DNA of 27,347 bases from Spirochaetota bacterium (lineage in GTDB: Bacteria > Spirochaetota > UBA12135 > COTS27), in contig JAUXHF010000001.1 of the NCBI GenBank assembly GCA_030621685.1, positions 1 to 27,347 on the forward strand, read 5' to 3'. A program made the position numbers and the translations under genes. The notes beneath the pieces were generated by a model that worked only from the letters and a program-made list of their open reading frames with translations, had not been told where the DNA came from and searched no databases. Of this stretch, positions 7,949-17,936 are shown piece after piece (position 1 is the stretch's first letter; every line of letters begins with the position of its first letter).

Positions 7949-9237
7949 TTGATTCTCTCTTGAGAAAAAGCGGCTTTAAAATCATGGCCGCTAGCCTCTT
8001 GAAAAATATTTAATGAGAAAATTTTAGCAGCAGCAATGAGGTTTTCAATGACTTCTGCTTGAATAGATTCATAATATCCCCAATCAGAGGTAGCCGTAAA
8101 GCAGTAAATCTCCATGCCAAGCCCCAAAGAAGTTGGCTGTAAGAGCCGCACCATTATGGTAAGGTCGTTACGGACCAGAGGATGCTGGCGCAAGTAATAC
8201 AAACAATATACTCGATAAAACCCTGCCGTAGTATAGCGAGAAAGGGTATTTTCACCTAGATCAAAAATTTTTTCTATAATCCTTCCCGGTTTTTTTTCTA
8301 CATTAGCTTTATTAGCAGTTGTTTTCGTTATATTTTCATCATAGACAAATTCGGGAAAGCTGTCTTCTGTGGCTTTTTTGAAATTCAAATCGTTTAGGTT
8401 ATAAAGATATTTTTTAATTTCTTCTTTACTTAAGAACCTGACGCTAGCCATATCTATGGCTAGGCGGCGTTTTATCCGGCGGGCTCCAAGCTCCTGCATG
8501 GTATGCCAATTTTTGAAAGATTTCGAAATAAGGCTGTAGGTAGGCAAGTAAATAACACTTTTATCCCAGTTTTGCACCTTTACCGTAGTAAGATTCACCT
8601 CCAAAACGCTGCCATCTACTCCCAGAGAAGAAATTTCTATCCAATCATTAATTTTCACCATTTTATTAGCGCTTAGTTGAATTCCGGCGACTAAACCTAA
8701 AATAGAATCTCGGAAAACAAGCAGAATGATCGCCGTAAGCGCGCCTAAGCTACTTACAATCGCCAAAAATTTTATATCCAAGAAAATAGAGATAATCAAA
8801 ATTATGCCTATCGAGTAAATAAACAACCTTAGCGCCTGACTCAAAGACTGTATCTGAATTTTCTTATCCTCGTCTAAGTTGGAAATGAAATTAGAAAGAA
8901 AATCTACAACACTGCTTATACTTATCATGAAAAATAAAGCAATGCAGGCGCTACCTATGCGCTCAATGAAACCCGGGGGAATAACCGTGAAAAAGTTCTT
9001 TGTAAAATAGAAAATAAGTGCTATTGGGAAAAGTGGCAAAAAGTTTAAATACGATTTCTTCAGAAGTGCATCATCCAAGTTACTTCTTGTTTTTTTAACA
9101 AATCGAATGATAACTGGGTTGATGAAGGAAATGATAATAAAAAAAATAAAGCCGGAAAGCAATAAAATCAAGACAAGCAGCCCTATATCTTTAGCACTGT
9201 TAGAAAGCCTGTTAATAAGTTCAAAAATGTTGTTCAT
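7945..9237 (-). CDS. Mechanosensitive ion channel, MscS family (YbdG/MscM-like)
   Basis: N-terminal TM helices; LGALTAIILLVFRDSILGLVAGIQL, DWIE...DGSVLEVNLTTVKVQNWD, F.NW..MQE.G.RRIKR, LT.MVR.LQPT..GL.MEIYCF. Confidence 0.92.
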   Translation of the reverse strand: MNNIFELINRLSNSAKDIGLLVLILLLSGFIFFIIISFINPVIIRFVKKTRSNLDDALLKKSYLNFLPLFPIALIFYFTKNFFTVIPPGFIERIGSACIALFFMISISSVVDFLSNFISNLDEDKKIQIQSLSQALRLFIYSIGIILIISIFLDIKFLAIVSSLGALTAIILLVFRDSILGLVAGIQLSANKMVKINDWIEISSLGVDGSVLEVNLTTVKVQNWDKSVIYLPTYSLISKSFKNWHTMQELGARRIKRRLAIDMASVRFLSKEEIKKYLYNLNDLNFKKATEDSFPEFVYDENITKTTANKANVEKKPGRIIEKIFDLGENTLSRYTTAGFYRVYCLYYLRQHPLVRNDLTIMVRLLQPTSLGLGMEIYCFTATSDWGYYESIQAEVIENLIAAAKIFSLNIFQEASGHDFKAAFSQERIK

Positions 9238-9534
9238 TTAAATGGGAAAGCCTCTATCTAAAAGCATGAAATTTGCTGTTAAACGCATAGTTGCATCTTT
9301 ATTTGTTACTCGTAATTTATAAATTGTAAAAGAAAACTTAGCTGAAGCATTTAAAAAATATGATATTTAACTTTCAAAGGGAAATCATCCCAAAAAATTC
9401 AGAATTTCTGAGACCCAAATTTTTAAGAAAAAAATGTTTTTAGGATAATAAACAAAAAAAATCTGCTAAAATTAATATAGGCTACTGCTTGAGCATCAAA
9501 ATTTTGCTTTATAAACAGCTTCTTTCTTTGACTA

Positions 9535-9584
9535 GGTAGAATTAACTGGTAGAATTAACTGGTAGAATTAACAGTAGAATTAGC
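9535..9584. repeat. 13-bp tandem repeat (GGTAGAATTAACT), ~4 copies degrading rightwards, upstream of aceE
   Basis: ggtagaattaact ggtagaattaact ggtagaattaaca gtagaattagc. Confidence 0.9.
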
Positions 9585-9639
9585 AGCAGAAAAGCAGGAA
9601 ATAGCCCAAAACAGCAAGCCCAACAAGATATACATTGCC

Positions 9640-12321
9640 ATGCAAGATTTAGACCCCGAAGAAACTAGAGAATGGGAGCAATCCTTAGAAGAAGTTATCG
9701 CCGTAGATGGCAAAGAGCGTGCTAAGTTCTTAATGGATACGCTACAAACAAAATTCATGTTAGCGCCAGCTAGCAGGAGCGGCTCTGAATTTATAAACAG
9801 TGACTACCTTAATAGCATCTTGCCCGAAGAAGAGCCAGAATATCCTGGTAACCTTGATAGAGAACGGCGTATTTGCAGCCTAACACGCTGGAATGCCATG
9901 GCGATGGTCTTACGAGCAAATAAACGAAGCGATGGCATAGGCGGGCATATTGCCACCTATGCATCTTGTGCCTCTCTTTACGAAGTGGCGTACAACCATA
10001 TTTTCAAAGGTCCAAAAGATGATTTTTTAGGCGATGCCATATTTTTCCAAGGGCATGCCTCTCCCGGTATTTATGCTAGAGCTTTTTTAGAGGGTTTGCT
10101 AGAAGAAAAACAACTAGAAAACTTCCGTAGAGAGCTATCGAAAGGCGGCGGTCTTTCCTCGTATCCGCACCCAAGGCTGATGCCAGAATTCTGGCAGTTT
10201 CCTACCGTATCTATGGGATTAGGACCACTGATGGCTATTTATTTAGCTAGATTTAATAAATCGCTAGAACATCGGGGGCTAAAGAGCAATACGCTGGCTA
10301 AGGTTTTTGCCTACGTTGGCGATGGCGAAACAGACGAAGTAGAAACTCGGGGGGCGCTTTCTTTGGCTGTGCGCGGAGAACTTAATAATCTTATCTTTGT
10401 TATCAACTGTAACTTACAACGTTTAGATGGTCCTGTTCGTGGTAATGGGAAAATAATCCAAGAACTTGAAGGTGTTTTTAAAGGCGCTGGCTGGAATGTT
10501 ATCAAAGTTATTTGGGATAGCCGCTGGGACGTGCTATTCAAAAAAGACCGCTCTGGAAAATTGCTACGCTTAGTAGAAGAATCTTTAGACGGCGATTTTC
10601 AATTATTTAGCACTTTAAACGGCAGCGAGAGACGAAAGATCTTCTTCTCCAAATACCCTGAGGTTAAAGAACTTGTTTCAGATTTAAGTGACGAAGAATT
10701 AGAAAATCTTAACTTTGGCGGGCATGACGAGAAGAAAATTTACGCCGCCTACAAAAAAGCCCTAAACTACGGTAATAGCAGACCTACCGTTATTTTATTT
10801 AAAACTATTAAAGGCTTTGGTATGGGAAAAAGTGCTGAGGGAAGAAATATAGCACACCAAAAGAAAAATATGAGCCTTGATGCCCTGAAAGCCTTTAAAA
10901 AACGCTTTCATATCCCCATAGCCGATAAGGATCTTGCCGAAACTCCGTTTATCAAATTCCCGGCAGATAGCGAAGAAGCTCGTTACTTGTTAGATGTGCG
11001 AAAACGTCAGGGAGCTTTTCTGCCATATCGGAAAAAGGAATTAGAACGCATTCCCCTTCCCCAGGATGCCATGTATGCCAAAATATATCAAAACACAGAA
11101 AAGCGGAATATTTCTACGACTATGGCCTTTGTTCGTGTGCTTACCGGCCTCCTGCAGACTAAGGGCCTGGGTGAAAGAATTTTCGCCATTGTTCCTGATG
11201 AAAGCCGGACCTTTGGCATGGAAGCGCTGTTTCGGCCGCATGGCATTTACTCATCGAAGGGGCAGCTTTATGCACCAGTCGACAAGAACACCTTAGTACC
11301 CTATATAGAATCTAAGCAGGGCAAAATATTGCAAGAAGGCATTAACGAAGCTGGGGCGAGTTCAGAATTTATTGCCTCGGGAACAAGCTATTCTCATCAG
11401 GGGATGACAACGGTACCCTTTTATGTGTTTTACTCCATGTTTGGCTTTCAGCGTACCGGCGATCTGTTCTGGGCAGCCGCCGATATGCAAGTGCGCGGCT
11501 TCCTCATAGGCGGCACCGCCGGCAGAACTACCCTCAATGGCGAGGGGCTTCAGCATGAAGATGGACATTCTCATATCATCGCTGCTACCATTCCCAACTT
11601 AAGAGCCTACGACCCAGCCTACGCCTATGAGGTCATTGCCATCCTTAAACATGGCCTTCGGCGAATGTATGAAGAGGACAAAGACGAGTTTTACTACCTT
11701 ACCGTGTATAACGAAAACTATGAACAGCTACCTATGCCTAAAGACATAGCTCATCTTGAAGAGAAAATATGCAAAGGCATCTATTTGTTAAAAGATTATG
11801 GGAAAAACAAGGAAGCTGCTGGGCGAAAACCAATAAACATTCTTGCTTCGGGAATATCGCTAAACTTTGCCCTGCGTGCTGCAAAGCGCTTGTTCAAAGA
11901 GCATTCCGTTCTGCCTAGGGTCTGGTCTGTCACATCATTTAAAGCCCTGCGAGATGGCGCCGTAGCCACCCAGCGCCAAAATATGCTCAATCCCGATAAG
12001 CCCCCCCAGCTCTCCTTTTTCGAGGAGAGCATTGCCGCTTACAGTGGCCCTTTTGTTGGCGTCAGCGATTATATGCGGCTTTTCCCCGATATGATTAGCC
12101 CCTATATTAACAGTAAGCTGTTTTCCATCGGCACCGATGGCTTTGGCTGCTCTTCATCTCGGGAGGAACTGCGCGAACATTTCGAAATTAACGAGGATTT
12201 TATTATTGCTCAATCTCTGTACGCTCTTAGCCAAACCAGCGACTTCTCAAAGAAAGAAGCTGCTAAGGCCATAAAAAAAATGGGCATAAACATCAATAAA
12301 AAAAACCCGCTCAATACTTAA
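9640..12321 (+). CDS. aceE: Pyruvate dehydrogenase E1 component, homodimeric type
   Basis: DLDPEETREW, GGHIATYAS, FQGHASPG, FPTVSMGLGP, ThDP motif GDGETDE...NCNLQRLDGP, QEGINEAG, EGLQHEDGHS. Confidence 0.97.
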   Translation: MQDLDPEETREWEQSLEEVIAVDGKERAKFLMDTLQTKFMLAPASRSGSEFINSDYLNSILPEEEPEYPGNLDRERRICSLTRWNAMAMVLRANKRSDGIGGHIATYASCASLYEVAYNHIFKGPKDDFLGDAIFFQGHASPGIYARAFLEGLLEEKQLENFRRELSKGGGLSSYPHPRLMPEFWQFPTVSMGLGPLMAIYLARFNKSLEHRGLKSNTLAKVFAYVGDGETDEVETRGALSLAVRGELNNLIFVINCNLQRLDGPVRGNGKIIQELEGVFKGAGWNVIKVIWDSRWDVLFKKDRSGKLLRLVEESLDGDFQLFSTLNGSERRKIFFSKYPEVKELVSDLSDEELENLNFGGHDEKKIYAAYKKALNYGNSRPTVILFKTIKGFGMGKSAEGRNIAHQKKNMSLDALKAFKKRFHIPIADKDLAETPFIKFPADSEEARYLLDVRKRQGAFLPYRKKELERIPLPQDAMYAKIYQNTEKRNISTTMAFVRVLTGLLQTKGLGERIFAIVPDESRTFGMEALFRPHGIYSSKGQLYAPVDKNTLVPYIESKQGKILQEGINEAGASSEFIASGTSYSHQGMTTVPFYVFYSMFGFQRTGDLFWAAADMQVRGFLIGGTAGRTTLNGEGLQHEDGHSHIIAATIPNLRAYDPAYAYEVIAILKHGLRRMYEEDKDEFYYLTVYNENYEQLPMPKDIAHLEEKICKGIYLLKDYGKNKEAAGRKPINILASGISLNFALRAAKRLFKEHSVLPRVWSVTSFKALRDGAVATQRQNMLNPDKPPQLSFFEESIAAYSGPFVGVSDYMRLFPDMISPYINSKLFSIGTDGFGCSSSREELREHFEINEDFIIAQSLYALSQTSDFSKKEAAKAIKKMGININKKNPLNT

Positions 12322-12404
12322 TATTTAACAGAAGTTATGCCGCTTATTCGCAAATACCCAAATGCATGTTACTACGCTGTTATATTCTTTTACTTTCAAG
12401 TAAC

Positions 12405-12460
12405 TTAGGGCAGAAATTTAGGCAAAAATTTAGGCAAAAATAATTAGGCAAAAATAATTA
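12405..12460. repeat. 12-14-bp tandem repeat (TTAGGCAAAAAT), ~4 copies between aceE and aceF
   Basis: ttagggcagaaat ttaggcaaaaat ttaggcaaaaataa ttaggcaaaaataatta. Confidence 0.9.
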
Positions 12461-12508
12461 ACCGTAACAGCAAAAAATAACCACTACTAGATTACAAGCT
12501 TTTTAAAT

Positions 12509-13816
12509 ATGGATAAAACTATACTACTACCAGAGATAGGTGAAGGCATTGAAGGCGGAACTGTTATTTCCATCGTTGCCAGCCAATCACAAAAAGTGAC
12601 CGAGGGCGATACCCTCTTTGAACTTGAAACCGATAAGGCTGTTATACCCTTCCCTTCTCCGCATAGTGGCCTTGTTCAAAAGTATTTCATACAAGAAGGT
12701 GATGAAATAAAAATTGGAGCAAAAGTCGCTCTCATACAGGCTGATTCTGACGCTGCTGAAACAACTGCTACAGAAAAAGCTACTGAAACAACTGCTGCTA
12801 GCCCAAAGAACAAAAGCCATCAAGACTTTAGCAGTTTTGCTGATTTGCAGGGCAGCAAAGCAGAACCTACGCAAAAACCTACACAAGCTAGCGGAACTAT
12901 TACTCAAGCTAGCGGAGCTATTTCGCCGCAAACTAGAAAGTTAGCCAGAGAACTGGGCGTAGATATTCTTTCCGTGCAGGGCAGTGGTCGCGCCTCTCGT
13001 GTTAGCATGGGCGATTTGAAAAACCACATTAAGCTCTCGCTTTTGCAAGGCAATCCTCCTAAAGCGCAAGCGCTAAGCCCGCTCCCCGATTTTTCTGTGT
13101 TTGGCGAAACGGTTTCAGAAAAAGCCAGTAATATCCGAATGACCATTGCTAGAAAAATGCTAGCAGCATGGACCAGCATCCCACATATTCACCATAACTT
13201 TCATGTCGATATTCGAAAGATCTTAGAATGGAAGAAGCTTCATGATGCCTCGTTCAAAGAAAAGGGCAGCACCCTTTCGCCTAGCCCTTTTCTGATAAAA
13301 GCCCTAGCCCATTGTTTGCTGGAATTCCCTAGCTTCAATGCCTCCTTAGACATGGCTAACAAGAAAATACTGTATAAGAAATATTTTAATGTTGGCGTGG
13401 CTGTCGATACTCCTCGGGGGCTTGTTGTTCCGGTTATTTTTGCTGTAGATAGCCTAAATATTTTTCAGATTGGCAAAGAGCTTCGTGCCTTAGCAAGCAA
13501 AGCTAGAGATATAAAACTTATGCCTAAAGATATGCAAGGCTCTTGCATCACGCTTTCAAATTTGGGAGGCATTGCTGGCGAACATTTCACGCCAATCATC
13601 AACAGCCCCGAGGTCGCCATCTTAGGCGCTGCCCGAACCCTGCAAAGACCCGTTTTACAAGATGGCATCGTAAAAGAGATACCTTTTCTGCCCCTTACTT
13701 TAGGCTACGACCATAGGATTATCGATGGAGCTATGGCAGCACGTTTCATCAAACGTTTCTCTCAGCTCATCCAGCATCCGCAGCTACTACTTATGGGCGA
13801 AAGCATGCTTGATTAA
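12509..13816 (+). CDS. aceF: Dihydrolipoamide acetyltransferase (PDH E2), single lipoyl domain
   Basis: LPEIGEG...ETDKA (lipoyl-Lys), E3-binding segment SPQTRKLARELGVD, catalytic YDHRIIDGA. Confidence 0.95.
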   Translation: MDKTILLPEIGEGIEGGTVISIVASQSQKVTEGDTLFELETDKAVIPFPSPHSGLVQKYFIQEGDEIKIGAKVALIQADSDAAETTATEKATETTAASPKNKSHQDFSSFADLQGSKAEPTQKPTQASGTITQASGAISPQTRKLARELGVDILSVQGSGRASRVSMGDLKNHIKLSLLQGNPPKAQALSPLPDFSVFGETVSEKASNIRMTIARKMLAAWTSIPHIHHNFHVDIRKILEWKKLHDASFKEKGSTLSPSPFLIKALAHCLLEFPSFNASLDMANKKILYKKYFNVGVAVDTPRGLVVPVIFAVDSLNIFQIGKELRALASKARDIKLMPKDMQGSCITLSNLGGIAGEHFTPIINSPEVAILGAARTLQRPVLQDGIVKEIPFLPLTLGYDHRIIDGAMAARFIKRFSQLIQHPQLLLMGESMLD

Positions 13817-13820
13817 AAAC

Positions 13821-13877
13821 ATAAACGAAAAACTAAACTCTATTTACTAAAAAATAAACGAAAAACTAAACTCTATT
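13821..13877. repeat. 24-bp perfect direct repeat, 33-bp period, between aceF and lpdA
   Basis: ataaacgaaaaactaaactctatt at 13821-13844 and 13854-13877. Confidence 0.92.
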
Positions 13878-13930
13878 AAAAAGCAGCTAAAAGCCAGCTT
13901 AGAGTTATAGCCTTATGGATACCTGTTATT

Positions 13931-15352
13931 ATGATAAAAGAATGTGAACTTGTAGTTATTGGCGCCGGTCCTGGTGGCTACACGGCTGCTTTTTACGCCG
14001 CCGATCTTGGAATTTCTACCTTGCTTGTTGAACGTTACGATAGCCTTGGCGGTGTCTGTTTAAATGTAGGCTGCATCCCTTCAAAAATGCTGCTTCATAG
14101 CGCTGCTTTGAAAGAGGAAGCCGAAGAAGCAGCCGCTTATGGACTGAACTTTTCTAAAGCTCAGCTCGATTTGAAAAAACTGGTCGCTCATAAAAAGAAA
14201 ATAATTGACAAATTAAGCTCTGGCGTACGCCAGCTCTCTCGTGCTAGGAAAGTTGATATTGTTCGTGGTAAGGCCAGTTTCAGCGATGCTAATAATCTTA
14301 TCGTAAAAGATGGCAAAGAAGAACATAGAATAGTTTTTCAAACAGCCATTATTGCTGCCGGCTCAAGGCCTATTTTCCCTAGCAGTATGGGCAAGAAAAG
14401 CGAAAGAATCATGAGCAGCACGGGGGCGCTTAACCTAAAAAACATTCCCAAGAAAATGCTTATCATAGGCGGGGGAATTATCGGCTTGGAGCTAGGCTTT
14501 GTTTATGCCCAGTTTGGCTCGAAAATAAGCGTAGTGGAGGCCCTAGACAAACTTGCTCCGGGCGTCGATAGAGATATCTTCAATCCGCTTTATAAAAAAA
14601 TAAAAAAACTCTTTGCAGAAATAAAGCTCAATACGGTTATTGAAAATCTAGAAGAAGAGGCTAGCATGGTAAAGGCCACTATGCGCCCTGTGGGCAATAA
14701 AGATGCCTCTCCAGAAACTCTTGAATTTGACAAGGTATTAGTTTGCATAGGCCGAAGGCCGAATAGCGACTTGCTAGCTGTTGAAAAAACAGGCCTGGCC
14801 TTAGACGAAAAAAACCATATCATAGTAGATGGTCAAATGCGAAGTTCGGTAGCTAACATTTTCGCCATCGGCGATATTGTAGGCCAGCCTATGCTAGCAC
14901 ATAAGGCCAGCAAAGAAGCACGTGTTGCCGTAGATGCCATAAAGGGCAAACGTAGCCTATACGATGTTCGTGCCATGCCCAATGTCATCTATACCGACCC
15001 CGAGCTTGCTTGGACGGGCTTAAGTGAAGATGAGGCCAAAGCACAAAGCATTGATTATAAAAAAGCTATTTTCCCATGGGCAGCATCTGGTCGTGCTACG
15101 GCCATTAGCCGTAATGACGGCCTTACAAAAATCATCTACGATGCTAAAACTGAACGAATTTTAGGCGTGGGTATTTGTGGGAAAAATGCCGGCGAGCTTA
15201 TTGCCGAAGCCGTACTCGCCATTGAGATGGGCGCCGTGGTTGAAGACATCTCTGAAACTGTTCATGCCCATCCTACGCTTTCAGAAACATTTTTTGAAGC
15301 CGCCGAAGCTGCTCATAACCTTTCTACTCACTACTACACTAAACGCCGCTAG
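13931..15352 (+). CDS. lpdA: Dihydrolipoamide dehydrogenase (E3)
   Basis: GAGPGG, GGVCLNVGCIPSK redox disulfide, GGGIIGLE, AIGD, HAHPTLSE. Confidence 0.97.
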   Translation: MIKECELVVIGAGPGGYTAAFYAADLGISTLLVERYDSLGGVCLNVGCIPSKMLLHSAALKEEAEEAAAYGLNFSKAQLDLKKLVAHKKKIIDKLSSGVRQLSRARKVDIVRGKASFSDANNLIVKDGKEEHRIVFQTAIIAAGSRPIFPSSMGKKSERIMSSTGALNLKNIPKKMLIIGGGIIGLELGFVYAQFGSKISVVEALDKLAPGVDRDIFNPLYKKIKKLFAEIKLNTVIENLEEEASMVKATMRPVGNKDASPETLEFDKVLVCIGRRPNSDLLAVEKTGLALDEKNHIIVDGQMRSSVANIFAIGDIVGQPMLAHKASKEARVAVDAIKGKRSLYDVRAMPNVIYTDPELAWTGLSEDEAKAQSIDYKKAIFPWAASGRATAISRNDGLTKIIYDAKTERILGVGICGKNAGELIAEAVLAIEMGAVVEDISETVHAHPTLSETFFEAAEAAHNLSTHYYTKRR

Positions 15353-15353
15353 A

Positions 15354-15536
15354 ATTTGTGGGAAAAATTTGTGGGAAAAATATACCGGCGAGCTTATTGC
15401 CCAGGCCGTACTCGCCATTGAGATGGGCGGCTGTGGTTGAAGACATCTTTGAAACTGTCCATGCCCATCCTACGCTTTCAGAAACTTCTTTTTAAGGCCG
15501 CCGGGAAGCTGCTCATAACCTTTCTACGCTACACTA
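15354..15536 (+). pseudogene. Frameshifted tandem copy of the last ~180 nt of lpdA
   Basis: Aligns with 15173-15341 with substitutions and several indels, and begins 1 nt after the lpdA stop. Its first 13 bp (atttgtgggaaaa) are themselves doubled. Confidence 0.92.
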
Positions 15537-15539
15537 CCA

Positions 15540-15639
15540 ATAGCTACGTGCTAGCTTCATCTAACAGATATTCACGAACTCTAGCTGCTGCCGCACCAAA
15601 CACCAAAGGGTTTTTTTAGCAAGGCTTTTTTTCGAACAT
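15540..15639 (-). pseudogene. Decayed tandem copy of the 3' end of mutY
   Basis: Matches 15658-15750 with 5 substitutions plus a 7-nt internal duplication (caccaaa). Confidence 0.92.
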
Positions 15640-15661
15640 GTTACTGCTACGCTGCCCATAG

Positions 15662-16753
15662 CTACGTGCTAGCTTTAGCTAACAGATATTCACGAACTCT
15701 AGCTGCCGCTGCACCAAAAGGTTTTTTTAGCAAGGCTTTTTTTCGAACATATCTGGCATTCTTAGCTAGCCGATAGCTTTTCTTTTTTGAAAGTTTTTCA
15801 TGGCTTAGCTTCACATCGCTAGCCCAAACTTCCACATAAGCCTTAAACGAGGTGTAACTATGCGAAAACGAAAAGAGTTTTCGTGTAAGCAATAAGTTTA
15901 ATTCTTCAATGGCAATCTGCTCTCCAATCTGCTCTCTTAAGCCTTTGGCAATGGCCTGTTTTGAAAGCCCTTGTTTATGATGCTCAAGAATAGGAAATTC
16001 CCACATATCAGTTAGCCTTGTTTTGTTCTCTCTTTTTAAAAGCAGAAATTGGTTATCTTTTTCGATAATTCCAATAGTAGAAAAAACTTTTTTTTGCGCC
16101 CTCCCCAAAACAAGCGGATACCGTTCTACCCTCTTGCTAAGCCAAGCAGCACAAGATAGAGCAAGGGGGCATGCATTGCAACTGGGCTGCTGTTTTTTGC
16201 AAACTACAGCACCAAGCTCTATCAGAGCCTCACTAAAAACAGCATATTCTCGCTTTGGTAAAATAGACTCTACAAGGGCCTCAGTCTTGCTATCCTTAGC
16301 TATTTCAGCGCAGCTACTTTCTATCGCAAAGTAACGAGAAAGAACTCTTGCCACATTTCCATCTATTACCGCTACACGTTGCTTAAAAACAAGCGAGGCT
16401 ATGGCGGCCGCCGTGTATTTGCCTACGCCGGGAAGCTTGTTTAAAAGCTCCGCCTGCTTAGGAAAAGACTTCCCGCTAAGAAGCCTCGCCGTTTTCATGA
16501 TGCCGTGAAAACGTTTATAGTAGCCAAGCCCCTCAAAATAAAGCAAGGCTTCTTCATCTCTAGCTTGGGCTAAAGAATTTAACGAGGGAAAACGCTGCAT
16601 CCATTTTTTGTAAAAAGGTATCACTCGGCTAGCCTGTGTTTGCTGAAGCATCACCTCGCTTATCCAGACGCCATAGACCCCCCTCCTGTTTCGCCAAGGA
16701 AAGGCACGACTGTTTTTTTTAAACCAAGAAATTAACGCTTGCGCCGGGAACAT
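15662..16753 (-). CDS. mutY: A/G-specific adenine glycosylase
   Basis: WISEVMLQQTQ, GLGYY, HhH LPGVGKYTAAAI, IDGNVARV, [4Fe-4S] C-x6-C-x2-C-x5-C, and C-terminal NUDIX-like region (WEFP). Confidence 0.95.
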   Translation of the reverse strand: MFPAQALISWFKKNSRAFPWRNRRGVYGVWISEVMLQQTQASRVIPFYKKWMQRFPSLNSLAQARDEEALLYFEGLGYYKRFHGIMKTARLLSGKSFPKQAELLNKLPGVGKYTAAAIASLVFKQRVAVIDGNVARVLSRYFAIESSCAEIAKDSKTEALVESILPKREYAVFSEALIELGAVVCKKQQPSCNACPLALSCAAWLSKRVERYPLVLGRAQKKVFSTIGIIEKDNQFLLLKRENKTRLTDMWEFPILEHHKQGLSKQAIAKGLREQIGEQIAIEELNLLLTRKLFSFSHSYTSFKAYVEVWASDVKLSHEKLSKKKSYRLAKNARYVRKKALLKKPFGAAAARVREYLLAKAST

Positions 16754-16775
16754 CGCTGTTATTTTAATCAGAAAG

Positions 16776-16826
16776 TTTTTAAATCAAGAAATTAACGCTT
16801 GCGCCGGGAACATGGCTGTTATTTTA
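16776..16826 (-). repeat. Upstream tandem copy of the mutY start region (60-bp period); reads MFPAQALIS-stop
   Basis: 51 nt matching 16716-16766 with 2 mismatches; one converts Trp10 TGG to TGA (16784-16786). Duplicate ATG at 16813. Confidence 0.92.
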
Positions 16827-17804
16827 CTAAGTTATTTTTGTTAATGGTTTTTTCCACTTCATGTTTTTATTAAAGATAAGAGTTAACGAAATAACAATAC
16901 ATAAGGCTCCCCAAAAGTGGTAGCCATGCAGTTTTTCTTTCAGCAAAACAGTGGAGGCGATAACCGCAAATACTGGCATAAAGTTAAGACAGATGCCGGC
17001 CATGTTAGAGCCTATTTCGCTAGCTGCCTTATTCCAAAATATATAGGCTATAACAGATGCAAAAATTCCTAAATAGATAATAAAGGCTACGCTGGCAAAA
17101 GTAAACTGCGTTGGCTCTGAAGGAAATCCGGATAGCCTAGGAAGAATACGAGCAAAAAAATTACTAGCAAGAGAATGAGTAGCAAGGAAATGAGTAACAG
17201 AAAAACCAAGCAAAAGAAAGAACCAGCCAATAAATATGCTTGCAGTAAGCAATGGTTTCGGCGGCAAGACTTTAGCTAACTTGGGTAGCCAGACTGAATA
17301 TAATGCCCAACTGAGAGCAGCAAAAAAAACAATAATGTCGCCCGGGTTAACAGAAAACTCTTTATAAAACTCTAGCTTGCCTTGGCTGACAATGAAAAAC
17401 ACACCTATCAGGGAAAGTGGCATGGCCACAAATTCTAAGGGCCGCATGTTATATTGAAAAAAAACAAGGTTTAAAACCATAATCATCACCGGAGTCGTGC
17501 TGGCAATGAGTACGCTGTTTATCGCCGTTGTTTGTTCTAAGCCATAATAAAGAATGGTGTTGAATAAAGCTATTCCCAAAATGGAAAGCACGCACAGAAG
17601 CATGAAGTTTTTTTTCATTTCTGGTAGCCATGCTAAGCTGCTTTTCCCGTAAAGAATACCTACCACAAGTAACGCAAGACTCCAGCGATAAAAAGCTAAA
17701 TCTATTGGCATGAAAGAATCACGGAAGTAGCGACCAAATACAAAATTAAACGACCATAGAAAGGGCGGCAGAAGTAAAATAAAAATTTTATATAACGTAT
17801 TCAT
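16827..17804 (-). CDS. DMT (EamA) family transporter
   Basis: About 10 TM helices in two repeats; LWSFNFV.GR, LGIALFN..LY.GL..T.AIN, GIFASVIAY.FWN.A...IG. Confidence 0.9.
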   Translation of the reverse strand: MNTLYKIFILLLPPFLWSFNFVFGRYFRDSFMPIDLAFYRWSLALLVVGILYGKSSLAWLPEMKKNFMLLCVLSILGIALFNTILYYGLEQTTAINSVLIASTTPVMIMVLNLVFFQYNMRPLEFVAMPLSLIGVFFIVSQGKLEFYKEFSVNPGDIIVFFAALSWALYSVWLPKLAKVLPPKPLLTASIFIGWFFLLLGFSVTHFLATHSLASNFFARILPRLSGFPSEPTQFTFASVAFIIYLGIFASVIAYIFWNKAASEIGSNMAGICLNFMPVFAVIASTVLLKEKLHGYHFWGALCIVISLTLIFNKNMKWKKPLTKIT

Positions 17805-17903
17805 CCATCTAGGCTAAAGTTGCAAAAAAACTGTAGCTACCTAAAATTGTTTAAAAATCATTTCCATCAAAGAATAAAATGCTATTATTAAGACAAGTAT
17901 TTC

Positions 17904-17936
17904 ATTTTAGTTATTATAATTAACAATAACTAAAAT
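17904..17936. promoter_or_regulatory. Inverted repeat (12-bp arms, 9-bp spacer) in the divergent DMT/hisI promoter region; candidate operator
   Basis: ATTTTAGTTATT-ataattaac-AATAACTAAAAT; perfect arms, but very AT-rich. Confidence 0.5.

Noticed and set aside
9640-12321. Apparent GC step within aceE suggesting mosaic origin
   Set aside because: Spot checks show high- and low-GC stretches interleaved in the 3' half, better explained by amino-acid composition.
12365-15654. Shared motif catgttact(gct)acgctg at 12365-12379 and 15637-15654
   Set aside because: Only two short, non-palindromic occurrences; insufficient to call a dispersed element.
15353-15661. Echoes as attL/attR scars of integrative elements
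   Set aside because: No integrase or cargo is present, and several unrelated genes including a 5' end are affected; not excluded, but unsupported.
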